The notes under the pieces were generated by a model. That model was not told the DNA's origin and made no database searches. It worked only from the letters and a program-made list of their open reading frames with translations. A stretch of 64,000 bases of DNA, taken from assembly GCA_041482115.1 (NCBI GenBank), contig JBGPDC010000005.1:96-64095 (forward strand). The letters run 5' to 3'. This DNA is from Terriglobia bacterium (lineage in GTDB: Bacteria > Acidobacteriota > Terriglobia > Bryobacterales > JACQDG01). The position numbers and the translations under genes were made by a program. Shown here piece after piece: positions 9,720-18,971 of the stretch (its first letter is position 1; each line of letters starts with the position of its first letter).

Positions 9720-11197
9720 GCTTCGCCTCGCAGCACCCAGGTGTCTTTGCTGCCGCCGCCCTGCGAGGAGTTCACCACGACCGAGCCCGGCTTCAACGCC
9801 ACGCGGGTCAGCCCGCCCGGCACGATCGTGACCTTGTCGCCGCTATAGAGGCAGTAGGGACGCAGGTCGACATGGCGCGCCGCAAAGCGGGTCGCCGCCG
9901 TATCGTAGGCGGGCACGCGCGACAGTCCGATGAGCGGCTGGGCGATGTAATTGCGGGGATCGGCCTGAATGCGGGCGCGGAAGTCCTCGATCGTCGCCCG
10001 GTCGGAGGCCGGACCGATCAGCATGCCGTAGCCGCCCGATTCCCCCACCGCCTTCACCACGAGGCGGGGCAGGTTCTCCAGAATGTAACGCAGATCGTCC
10101 GCCCGCCAGCCGAGGTAGGTTTCGACGTTCCGCAGGATCGGCTCTTCGCCGAGATAGTAGCGGATGAACTCGGGCACGTAAGCGTAGACGGCCTTGTCGT
10201 CGGCGACACCGTTGCCCACGGCGTTCGCGAGGGCCACATTGCCGGCGCGGTAGGCGGCGAGCAGGCCGGGCACGCCTAGCAGCGAGTCGCTGCGGAAGGC
10301 GAGCGAGTCGAGGTACTCGTCGTCGATGCGGCGGTAGATCACGTCCACGCGCTGCAGGCCGTGGATGGTCTTCATGTAGACGATACCGGCATCGACCACG
10401 AGGTCGCGGCCTTCCACCAGCTCAATGCCCATCTGCTGCGCGAGGAAGCTGTGCTCGAAGTAGGCGCTGTTGTGGATGCCGGGGGTGAGCAGCACCATCA
10501 CGGGGTAGTCGCCGCCGCGCGGTGAGAGGCTGCGCAGGATGGCGCACAGCTCGGTGGGGTAATGGTGCACCGGCAGGATTTCGTGCTGCTGGAAGGCCTG
10601 CGGGAAGGTCCGCATCATCACCAGGCGGTTCTCGAGCACATAGGAGATGCCGCTCGGCGTGCGGACGTTGTCCTCGAGCACCACCATGTCGCCGGTCGCC
10701 GAGTCGCGAATGAGATCGATGCCGGAGATGTGGGTGTAGATGCCGCGCGGCACCTCCACGCCCACCATCTCGCGGCGAAAATGTTGGCAGGAGAGGACGA
10801 GCGAACGGGGAATGCGCCCGTCCTTCAGGATCCGCTGGCGGCCGTAGACGTCTTGCAGGAACAGGTTGAGCGCCGTGACGCGCTGCGAGAGGCCGCGCTC
10901 GACCCGCTCCCATTCCGAGTAGGGCAGAATCCGCGGGATGAGGTCGAAGGGGAACAGGCGCTCGGTACCGCGTCCGTCGCTGTAGACGGTGAAGGTGATG
11001 CCCTGGACGAGGAACGAAAGGTCCGCCAGGTGCCGCCGCTCCTCGAACTGGGCGGGCGCCATCTGTCCCAGCTCGGCGAACAGCCGGGCATAGTGGGGCC
11101 GCGGCTCCCCCGGCTGGGCGAACATCTCGTCGTAAAAGGGATGCGGGTCGTAGCCGTCAAAGAGGCCAGCGTCGAGTTGTGTTTCCGAGGCAGACAA
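9716..11197 (-). CDS. Circularly permuted type 2 ATP-grasp protein
   Basis: [48 protein letters not shown]. Confidence 0.93.
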   Translation of the reverse strand: MSASETQLDAGLFDGYDPHPFYDEMFAQPGEPRPHYARLFAELGQMAPAQFEERRHLADLSFLVQGITFTVYSDGRGTERLFPFDLIPRILPYSEWERVERGLSQRVTALNLFLQDVYGRQRILKDGRIPRSLVLSCQHFRREMVGVEVPRGIYTHISGIDLIRDSATGDMVVLEDNVRTPSGISYVLENRLVMMRTFPQAFQQHEILPVHHYPTELCAILRSLSPRGGDYPVMVLLTPGIHNSAYFEHSFLAQQMGIELVEGRDLVVDAGIVYMKTIHGLQRVDVIYRRIDDEYLDSLAFRSDSLLGVPGLLAAYRAGNVALANAVGNGVADDKAVYAYVPEFIRYYLGEEPILRNVETYLGWRADDLRYILENLPRLVVKAVGESGGYGMLIGPASDRATIEDFRARIQADPRNYIAQPLIGLSRVPAYDTAATRFAARHVDLRPYCLYSGDKVTIVPGGLTRVALKPGSVVVNSSQGGGSKDTWVLRGEA

Positions 11198-11358
11198 GCC
11201 CTTCAGCCTAGCGAAAAGGGGCGGGGAGAGGCCAATTGATTCTTTGAATGGGAGCTATCGGTGGAACTTTTCGAGCGGCCTCCCGCTTCCCGGCGGCCCC
11301 GAAATAATTTGTGAAACGACGGCACTCCCCTTGACGGCGGGGTGATAATTGAAAGGCC

Positions 11359-12171
11359 ATGCGAATCCTGGCAGTTTTTTGTTTCGTGGCCGTCCTGCCG
11401 CTGGCCGCCCAGCACGAGCAGGACGGTGAAAAGCCCAAGCACCCTGAGATTGGCGATCCGGTAGCGATCGTGGCCGGCGGGAAGTTGTTCAACGACGGCT
11501 GCGCCGCCTGCCACGGGGCCGAAGGGATGGGCGGACGCGGTCCTAACCTGAGGGAGCGCGTGATGTGGCATCCCCTCGACGAAGAAGTGATTTACAAGGC
11601 CGTGAAAAACGGCATCGGCGGGGGCGGCATGCCCGCGGCCAACCTCCCCGAAAACCAGTTGTGGCAGGTGGTGGCGTATGTCCGCTCGCTGACCATGCCG
11701 GCCATCGAGGTCGACGTGGCCGGCAACCTGGAGGCAGGCGAGAGCCTGTTCTGGGGCAAGGGGGGATGCGGCGGGTGCCACCGCATCAAAGGACGCGGCG
11801 GCCAGCTCGGCCCCGACCTGACCAATGTGGCGGGGGTGCGTCCGGCGCCGCAGATCCGGGAATCCATCGTGGACCCCGATGCGAACGGCGCGCAGAATTA
11901 TCGCGGGGCCACTGTGGTGCTGAAAAACGGCCGGACTCTCAAGGGCGTGGCTCGCAACCGGACCAACTATTCCTTGCAGCTGCAGGACGCCCAGGGCAAC
12001 CTGCACCTGCTCTCGATGGCCGACGTCAGCGAGCTGACCCTGACCAAGGGGTCGCCCATGCCGAAGGACTTCGCGCAGAAACTGGCGCCGGAGGAGATCG
12101 ACAACCTGGTGGCGTTCTTGTGCCGGCAGAGCCTGCGTCCCCGGGAACCGAAGGAAACAGCGAAGAAATAA
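11359..12171 (+). CDS. Di-heme cytochrome c with putative heme-binding domain
   Basis: Signal peptide; CAACH and CGGCH; GPDLT; C-terminal SPMP axial Met. Confidence 0.88.
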   Translation: MRILAVFCFVAVLPLAAQHEQDGEKPKHPEIGDPVAIVAGGKLFNDGCAACHGAEGMGGRGPNLRERVMWHPLDEEVIYKAVKNGIGGGGMPAANLPENQLWQVVAYVRSLTMPAIEVDVAGNLEAGESLFWGKGGCGGCHRIKGRGGQLGPDLTNVAGVRPAPQIRESIVDPDANGAQNYRGATVVLKNGRTLKGVARNRTNYSLQLQDAQGNLHLLSMADVSELTLTKGSPMPKDFAQKLAPEEIDNLVAFLCRQSLRPREPKETAKK

Positions 12172-12185
12172 GAAGGAGAAATATC

Positions 12186-13793
12186 GTGCGGCACACGGGT
12201 TGGTGCATGCTTCTGGCCCTGGCGGCGATCGCGCCCGCGCAGGTCAAATACGAAGACATTCTCAAAGGACCAGGCGACAACTGGCTCACCTACGCCGGGG
12301 ACTACCAGGCGCGGCGCCACAGTTCACTCAAGCAGGTTACGCCCGCGAACGCCGGCTCGCTCACACCGAAATGGGTGCATCACGTTTCCGGCGCCAAGGG
12401 GCTGCGGACCAATCCGATCGTCTACGACGGCGTGATGTACACGACGAACTCGAACGAGCTCCGGGCCATCGACGCGCGCACGGGACGGCTGATCTGGGTA
12501 TACAAGGACACGCGGGCCAAGAAATCGGAGACCAATCGCGGCGCGGCGCTCCTGGGCGACAGCGTTTTCTTCGTCACCTCGGACGTGCACGTGGTGGCGC
12601 TCGACCGCCGCACCGGCGCGCTCCTCTGGGAGAAGCAGTACGGCAGTGTCGACGACGGCCTGTTCGCGAGCGCGGCGCCGCTCGCCGTGAAAGACCGGGT
12701 GATCGTGGGCGTCGCGGCCGGGGATACCGGCATGCGCGGTTACCTCGTCGCCTTCAACGCGACCACCGGGCAAGAGATGTGGCGGACCTACACCATTCCC
12801 GCCAAGGGCGAGCCGGGGTCGGAGACGTGGGGGAAGTACATCGAGTACGGCGGCGCGGGGACGTGGCTCTCGGGCACCTACGACCCGGAGCTGAACACTC
12901 TCTACTGGACCACCGGTAATCCGTGGCCCGACTTCTACGGAGGGGACCGCGAGGGCGACAACCTCTATAGCTGTTCGCTGCTGGCGCTCGACGTGGATAC
13001 GGGCAAGATGAAGTGGTACTTTCAATTTACCCCGCATGACACTCATGATTGGGATGCTATGGCTTGGCCCGTCCTGGTGGACCTGCCGATCAACGGGAAG
13101 CCGCGGAAGGTCGTGATGCATGCCAACCGCAACGGGTTCTACTACGTGCTCGACCGGGTGACGGGCGAATACCTCCGGGCGACCCGCCTGGTGGACAAGC
13201 TCGATTGGGCGACCGACATTGACTCGAAGGGAAGGCCGATTCTGGTGGCCGGCAAGGACCCGACGCCGAACGGGAACCGCGTCTGTCCGGGCGTGCGGGG
13301 GGCAACGAACTGGATGTCACCTTCCTACAATCCGGTGACCGGGCTGTTTTACGTGGTGACGCTCGAGCAGTGCGACATTTACACCAGCTCGTCGAAGGAG
13401 CCGGAGCCGAAGAAGAATTTCTCGGGCGGCGGGGCCGGGCCGAAGCCGTCCGAGGTGGGCCAGTTCTTCCTGCGCGCCTACGATCCGAAGACCGGGGACC
13501 GGAAGTGGGAGTACCCGATGACGGGTCCGGGAGAGGCATGGTCGGGGACGGTCTCGACTGCCGGGGGCGTGGTGTTCTTCGGCGACGACGACGGTCAACT
13601 GGTGGCGGTGGACGCCCGCAGCGGCAAGCACCTGTGGCACTTCCAGATGGGCGAAGGGCTCACGGCTTCGCCGATTACGTACGCGGTCGGGGGCAAGCAG
13701 TATGTCGCGATTGCCTCGGCGACGGCGATCTTTTCGTTTGGGCTATTTGAGCCGGTGCCGCCGATGGCGCTGCCGAAGATTAAAGTGGAGTGA
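12186..13793 (+). CDS. PQQ-dependent dehydrogenase (alcohol/methanol DH-like, no vicinal Cys-Cys)
   Basis: GTG start after AAGGAG; beta-propeller Trp-docking motifs; GNPWPD, GDNLYS, HDTHDWD. Confidence 0.88.
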   Translation: MRHTGWCMLLALAAIAPAQVKYEDILKGPGDNWLTYAGDYQARRHSSLKQVTPANAGSLTPKWVHHVSGAKGLRTNPIVYDGVMYTTNSNELRAIDARTGRLIWVYKDTRAKKSETNRGAALLGDSVFFVTSDVHVVALDRRTGALLWEKQYGSVDDGLFASAAPLAVKDRVIVGVAAGDTGMRGYLVAFNATTGQEMWRTYTIPAKGEPGSETWGKYIEYGGAGTWLSGTYDPELNTLYWTTGNPWPDFYGGDREGDNLYSCSLLALDVDTGKMKWYFQFTPHDTHDWDAMAWPVLVDLPINGKPRKVVMHANRNGFYYVLDRVTGEYLRATRLVDKLDWATDIDSKGRPILVAGKDPTPNGNRVCPGVRGATNWMSPSYNPVTGLFYVVTLEQCDIYTSSSKEPEPKKNFSGGGAGPKPSEVGQFFLRAYDPKTGDRKWEYPMTGPGEAWSGTVSTAGGVVFFGDDDGQLVAVDARSGKHLWHFQMGEGLTASPITYAVGGKQYVAIASATAIFSFGLFEPVPPMALPKIKVE

Positions 13794-13802
13794 GGGCGAG
13801 CC

Positions 13803-14195
13803 TCACGCCGGCAGGCGACGAAAGCCCTCTTGCTCGAAATGACGGTCTGTCGTCATCGCTTCCCCAACACTGCGCCGGCGCATCAGGACAAAACTCACCG
13901 CATCGCACAGCGAATAGGTCTTGTCGGGCCGTGCCAGTAACAGGGCCAGCGCTTCGCGGTGAAGGGGCTCGTCTACCCAAACCGTTTCAATATCAGGGTT
14001 GGCCAGCAAGTCAGAGACGAACGTCAGGGCCGGAACCCGCGGAAGACGCTGGGCGTTTACCAGCGCCACAAACTCGGCCAGAACGTAGCTGTGCGTGAGC
14101 CGAAGCCGGGCCCTCTGGTACGCCGCCCGGGCCTGGGCATGCAGGGCCTCTGCGCCGTGGAGCAGGCACAGCAGACCCGAAGTATCAAGCAGCAT
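13803..14195 (-). CDS. vapC: PIN-domain toxin (VapC)
   Basis: LLDTS, YVLAEF, SLCDAVSF, TTDRHFEQEGF. Confidence 0.9.
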   Translation of the reverse strand: MLLDTSGLLCLLHGAEALHAQARAAYQRARLRLTHSYVLAEFVALVNAQRLPRVPALTFVSDLLANPDIETVWVDEPLHREALALLLARPDKTYSLCDAVSFVLMRRRSVGEAMTTDRHFEQEGFRRLPA

Positions 14196-14479
14196 CAGGT
14201 TGACTGGTGGGTGGTGCTGTACTCCTTGGCGAGGTCAGCGTCGATGCTGTCGTTGTCGGCGCCGGTCGGGCCGCCGAGGTTGACCTCACCGAAGTGCTGC
14301 TCGAACCGGTCCCGCGCGGCTTGCTTTTCTGCGTCAGTGCGCGGGCAACCAGCTTCGCTGAACTGACGCTCCAGCGAGGCTGCGGCGAGGTCCGCTAGTG
14401 ACTTTCCTGTAGCTTGCGCCTGACGCCGGAGCGCAGCGTAGGCTTCGTCGCTCAGTTCCAGATTCAACATCCGGCTCAT
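14195..14479 (-). CDS. Ribbon-helix-helix-like antitoxin
   Basis: TGATG overlap with vapC; LNLELSDEAYAAL N-terminus; acidic C-terminus DNDSIDADLAKEY. Confidence 0.8.
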   Translation of the reverse strand: MSRMLNLELSDEAYAALRRQAQATGKSLADLAAASLERQFSEAGCPRTDAEKQAARDRFEQHFGEVNLGGPTGADNDSIDADLAKEYSTTHQST

Positions 14480-14637
14480 CGCTCGAGGGCTCCTACACGC
14501 ATTGTAACAAGGACGGTTGCCGGTTTTCGGGCTACCTGATGGTTTCCCAGTGTTTCCCAGCTATTCCCGCGCTCTAGCGCCTCAAGATAACGCCCGGCGG
14601 TCGCCAGATTGACCTGCGGCAAGGTGACCATGATCTC

Positions 14638-15345
14638 TTATCCCGTCGCAGGCGCTTCCAAGTAATAGCGAACGTCATCGTTCTCAACCACTCGAAAGCC
14701 CAGCCGCTCGTATAGTCTCCGCGCGGGGTTGACCGTGAGCACGCTGAGCCTGACTGGGATCTTCTTAGCGGCAGCACGAACCTGAATGTCTCGAAGGAGC
14801 CGAGTGCCCAGACCTTGGTTTTGATAGTCGGGCAAAATTGCAATGTAGTCGACAAAGATGCAGTCAGTTTCGTCTAGCACTCGAAGACACCCGGCGTCCC
14901 TGCCATCGCAGACGATGATTTCGCAGCGAGCGGGATTGAAATGCTCGCGGAAGTGCCGGACCTGCCATTCTTCGTCCCAGCCCCAGGTCGCCTCGACGTT
15001 GGATCGAAAAGCACGCCGGTGGAGATCGTACAAGAAATCGTAGTCCGCCTCGGCTGCCGTTCGAGTTTCAATCGAACCAATGATTCCCCCGCTGATCGCC
15101 GCGACAAAGTGCACCTCACTCGACGCTGACACCGGCTCGCCGAGACCGAGCGGCGTGACTTCGCCGTCCACCGCCACCGAAATGTTGGAGCGCAGGCGGC
15201 CTTCGGAGATCAGTCGCTCGCGGATTCCCGGCCAGGCGCGCTCCAGGTTGTCGATTACCTCTCGAACCGTCGCGCCTTCCACCTGGAGCGGCGACTTCCC
15301 GCCGGTCAGGCCCGCCAGGGGCGTCGGGATGTAGACCAGCGCCAC
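14638..15345 (-). CDS. MoaD/ThiS ubiquitin-like domain fused in frame to a GNAT acetyltransferase
   Basis: VYIPTPL...GATVREVI...AAISGG followed by a GNAT with QNQGLGT acetyl-CoA motif and NPARRLYERLGF. Confidence 0.8.
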   Translation of the reverse strand: MALVYIPTPLAGLTGGKSPLQVEGATVREVIDNLERAWPGIRERLISEGRLRSNISVAVDGEVTPLGLGEPVSASSEVHFVAAISGGIIGSIETRTAAEADYDFLYDLHRRAFRSNVEATWGWDEEWQVRHFREHFNPARCEIIVCDGRDAGCLRVLDETDCIFVDYIAILPDYQNQGLGTRLLRDIQVRAAAKKIPVRLSVLTVNPARRLYERLGFRVVENDDVRYYLEAPATG

Positions 15346-15346
15346 G

Positions 15347-17596
15347 TCATCCCTTTTTCGACCAGACGGCCTCCAGGATCGCGGGCGGACTCATGGGGAG
15401 GCGGTTCATCCGGACGCCGGCGGCGCGATAGATGGCGTTGGCGAGGGCGGCCGGCGGGGGGATGATGTTCGCTTCCCCGACGCCGCGGACCCCAAAGGGA
15501 TGGCCGGGGTTCGGCACCTCGACGATCACCGTATCAATCATAGGTAAATCCAGGCTCGTCGGCATGCGGTAGTCCAGCAGGCTCGAGTTCAGCATGCCGC
15601 CTTCGGGGCTCATGTAGTACTCCTCGTTGAGCGCCCAACCGATGCCCTGGACGCTGCCACCCTGCATCTGGCCCTCGACGTAGCTGGGGTGGATGGCCTT
15701 GCCGGCGTCCTGCACGGATGTGAAGCGCAGCACCTGAACCTTACCGGTTTCGGGATCGACCTCCACGTCGGCGATGGCGCCGGCGAAGGAGCCACCGACC
15801 CCGCGCGGGTTCACCGCGCCGCGGCCCACGATGGGTCCGCCGGTTTCGCCGAGTTTGGCGGCCAGCTCGGCGAAGGTCAGCCTGTGTTTGCCGGAGCGGA
15901 AGACGCCACGCTCGGCGGTGACGGCCGCCGGTTCCACTTCCCAGATCTTGGCCACCCGTTCCTTCATCTGGCGCACCACGTCCTGCGCCGCTTCGTAGGC
16001 GGCCCAGCCGGTGGCGAAGGTCGTGCGGCTGCCGCCCGTCACCGCCGTAAAGCCCACCGAGTCCGTATCGACGACCGTGGGGCGGACGCTCTCGGCGGGA
16101 ATGCCCAACACCTCGGCCGCCTGCATCGCGATCGACGTGCGGGTGCCGCCGATGTCCGTCGAGCCTTCGACGAGGTTGACCGTGCCGTCGGCGTTCACGC
16201 TCAGGTTGCAGCTCGACGGCAGTCCGACGTTGAACCAGAAGCCGACGGCCGCGCCACGTCCACGGTTCGGACCGCCGAGCGGCGCGGAGTAATGCGGGTG
16301 CGCCTTCATCGCCTGGAGCACTTCGATGCAGCCGATGCGGCGGTACTTCGGTCCGTCGGCGCGGCGGGTGCCTTCTTTGGCCGCGTTCTTCAGGCGCAAG
16401 TCGATAGGATCAAGGCCGAGCTTTTCGGCGAGCTCGTCCACCACGGTTTCGGTGGCGAAGGCGGCGTTCGTGGCGCCGGGGGCGCGGTAGGCCGCCGTGC
16501 TCGGCTTATTGACCACCACGTCGAAGCCGTCGATCAGGACGTTGGCGAGATCGTAGGCGGCGAAGACGCACATGCCGCCGGGACCGACCATCGCCCCAGG
16601 GTACGCGCCGGCCTCGTAGGCGAGGTAGGCCTGGGCGGCGGTGATACGGCCGTCCTGGCGGGCGCCCATCTTTACCTTTATGTAGGACCCCGGCGTCGGG
16701 CCGGTGCCCTCGAAGACGTCTTTGCGCGACATGACGATCTTCACCGGATGTCCCGTTTTCTTCGACAGCAGCGCTGCGACCGGCTCCAGGTAAACGGGAA
16801 TTTTCCCGCCAAAGCCGCCTCCGATCTCCATGGGCGTGACCTTCACTTGCGAGACGGGAAGATCGAGGATGCAGGCGGTCGTGTCGCGCACGACGAACGA
16901 CCCTTGCGTGCTGCACCACACCAGGACGCGGCCATCGTTGTTCCACAGGGCCGTGGCATTGTGCGGCTCGATGTAGCCCTGGTGGACCGTCGCGGTGTGG
17001 AACTCGCGCTCGACGATCACGTCCGCCTCGGCGAAACCCTTGCCGACGTCGCCGAGAGCGTGGCGGAAGTGCTGGGAGACGTTGCTCACCCGGGCGGTTT
17101 TCTCGCCGAACTCCTCGGTGTGGAGGCCGTCGTGCAGAATCGGCGCGCCCTCGCGCATGGCGGCTGGGGCGGTGAGGACGCAGGGGAGAACTTCGTAATC
17201 CACTTCGATGAGCTGGGTGGCTTCTTCGGCGGCGTTAAGGCTGGTGGCCGCGACTGCCGCGACCGCGTGACCTTGATAAAGCACCTTGCCGGCCGCCAGC
17301 ACGTTGCCCCGGATGTAGCTGAGCGGTGTCGCGCCTTCACCGAGATCGACGATGCGGTCGGCGCTCGGCGGGAGGTCGGCGGCGGTAACCACGGCGCTCA
17401 CCCCGGGATAGGCCTCGGCCTTGCTGGTGTCGATGCGGCGGATGCGGGCGTGAGCGTGCGGGCTGCGCAGGATCGCGCCGTGCAGCAGTCCGGCAATCTG
17501 GAAGTCCGCGCCGTAGAGGGCGCGCCCCGTGACTTTGTCGGCCCCGTCGTGGCGAATGGGGCGGGTTCCGACGACCGTGTATTCCTGGGTACTCAT
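15347..17596 (-). CDS. Xanthine dehydrogenase family molybdopterin-binding subunit
   Basis: KVTGRALY, RSPHAHARI, GGGFGGK, AYRAPG, VEGQMQGG, RGVGE. Confidence 0.92.
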   Translation of the reverse strand: MSTQEYTVVGTRPIRHDGADKVTGRALYGADFQIAGLLHGAILRSPHAHARIRRIDTSKAEAYPGVSAVVTAADLPPSADRIVDLGEGATPLSYIRGNVLAAGKVLYQGHAVAAVAATSLNAAEEATQLIEVDYEVLPCVLTAPAAMREGAPILHDGLHTEEFGEKTARVSNVSQHFRHALGDVGKGFAEADVIVEREFHTATVHQGYIEPHNATALWNNDGRVLVWCSTQGSFVVRDTTACILDLPVSQVKVTPMEIGGGFGGKIPVYLEPVAALLSKKTGHPVKIVMSRKDVFEGTGPTPGSYIKVKMGARQDGRITAAQAYLAYEAGAYPGAMVGPGGMCVFAAYDLANVLIDGFDVVVNKPSTAAYRAPGATNAAFATETVVDELAEKLGLDPIDLRLKNAAKEGTRRADGPKYRRIGCIEVLQAMKAHPHYSAPLGGPNRGRGAAVGFWFNVGLPSSCNLSVNADGTVNLVEGSTDIGGTRTSIAMQAAEVLGIPAESVRPTVVDTDSVGFTAVTGGSRTTFATGWAAYEAAQDVVRQMKERVAKIWEVEPAAVTAERGVFRSGKHRLTFAELAAKLGETGGPIVGRGAVNPRGVGGSFAGAIADVEVDPETGKVQVLRFTSVQDAGKAIHPSYVEGQMQGGSVQGIGWALNEEYYMSPEGGMLNSSLLDYRMPTSLDLPMIDTVIVEVPNPGHPFGVRGVGEANIIPPPAALANAIYRAAGVRMNRLPMSPPAILEAVWSKKG

Positions 17597-18081
17597 GCCT
17601 TTGCCTCCTCCCGCATCTGGGTCGCGGCCTGTTGGACGGCGCGCAGAATCTTGTCGTAGCCGGTGCACCGGCAGAGGTTGTTCGCGAGCCACAGGCGGAT
17701 GCGCTCGTCCGACGGGCTCGCTTCGCGATCGAGCAGCGCCTTCGCCGCCACGATGAACCCGGGGGTGCAGAAGCCGCATTGCAGCGCGGCCTGCTCGAGG
17801 AAGGCGCGCTGCACCGGGTGCAGTTCCTGGCCGCGGGCGACGCCTTCGACGGTGATGATTTCCGATCCTTGCGCCTCGACTCCGAGGACCAAACACGAGT
17901 TCACGATGCGGCCATCGAGGACCACCGTGCAGGCCCCGCAGTTACCGTCGTTGCAGCCTTCTTTCGAGCCAGTAAGTCCCACGATGTCGCGGAGGCACTC
18001 GAGCAGGCTCTGCGGCGGTTCGGCCAGGAACTCCACCGCTTCGCCGTTGATGGTGGTTTGGACTTGAACTTTTGTACTCAT
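17593..18081 (-). CDS. (2Fe-2S)-binding subunit (CoxS/XdhC-like)
   Basis: GCNDGNCGAC, QCGFC, LCRCTGY. Confidence 0.93.
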   Translation of the reverse strand: MSTKVQVQTTINGEAVEFLAEPPQSLLECLRDIVGLTGSKEGCNDGNCGACTVVLDGRIVNSCLVLGVEAQGSEIITVEGVARGQELHPVQRAFLEQAALQCGFCTPGFIVAAKALLDREASPSDERIRLWLANNLCRCTGYDKILRAVQQAATQMREEAKA

Positions 18082-18953
18082 GACTGGCGGCCCTCCTTGG
18101 CGCGGCGGATCGCGAATTCGAGGGCGCGGCGTGTGAGGACGCCGGAAATGTGTTTGCGGTAAATGGCCGTGCCGCGCATGTCGGTGATCGGCTTGGCGGC
18201 GGCCTTCGCGATTTCAGCAGCGGCGGCAATGCTCTCAGGGTTGACCGGCTTGCCGGCCAGCGACTCACCGGCGGCCCGTACGAAGAGCGGCGTTGGAGCG
18301 ACGGCCGAGAGCGCGATGCGCGCCGACCGGAACGTGCCGTTCGAGAGCGTCACGGCGACGCCCGCGCCCGCGACCGCGATATCCATTTCGTTGCGCGGGA
18401 TGAAGCGCAGGTAATAGGCGCCGGACTCCGGCTCGGGCGCGGGGAGCGTGAGCGAGACCAACAGCTCGCCGGGTCGGAGCACGTTGCGACCGGGAGCGGT
18501 GCAGAAATCCTCGACGGCGACTTCTCGGCTGCCACCCGGTCCGGCCATGCGGCACTTGGCTTGGAGCGCGATCAGCAGCGGGATGAAGTCGGCGCTGGGC
18601 GAGGAGTTGCAAAGGTTGCCACCGGCGGTGGCGCGTCCCTGGATCTGGGTGCCGCCGATCAGGTTGGCCACTTCGGCGAGCGCGGGATAAGCCTGGCGCA
18701 CCACCGGGTCACCGTAGATCCGATAGCAGGGGACGGCAGCGCCCAGGGTCAGGCCGCGCGCGGGGTCGTAGCGCAGCTCATTCAGCTCGGAGATGTGCTT
18801 GATATCGACGACCAGGTCGGTCTGCTTGCGGCGCGCCCGGAGTTGGACGATCAGGTCCGTGCCGCCGGCGAGGAGCAGTGCCCCCGGATGGGCGGCGAGC
18901 AGCCCCACGGCCTCGTCGACGGTCCGGGGGGCAGTATAGTCAAAACGCTTCAC
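18078..18953 (-). CDS. FAD-binding subunit (CoxM/XdhB-like)
   Basis: LAGGTDL, ATAGGNLCNSSPSAD, PITDMRGTAIYR. Confidence 0.92.
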   Translation of the reverse strand: MKRFDYTAPRTVDEAVGLLAAHPGALLLAGGTDLIVQLRARRKQTDLVVDIKHISELNELRYDPARGLTLGAAVPCYRIYGDPVVRQAYPALAEVANLIGGTQIQGRATAGGNLCNSSPSADFIPLLIALQAKCRMAGPGGSREVAVEDFCTAPGRNVLRPGELLVSLTLPAPEPESGAYYLRFIPRNEMDIAVAGAGVAVTLSNGTFRSARIALSAVAPTPLFVRAAGESLAGKPVNPESIAAAAEIAKAAAKPITDMRGTAIYRKHISGVLTRRALEFAIRRAKEGRQS

Positions 18954-18971
18954 GCGTAGGTTCTCCCTTCT

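Noticed and set aside
15689-17659. Long opposite-strand ORFs (also 25376..27043, 32484..34115, 37131..38651, 43026..44654, 52907..54313)
   Set aside because: High-GC shadow frames of well-supported genes, with no motifs
15347-18953. Aerobic CO dehydrogenase
   Set aside because: Active-site loop AYRAPG matches neither form I nor form II
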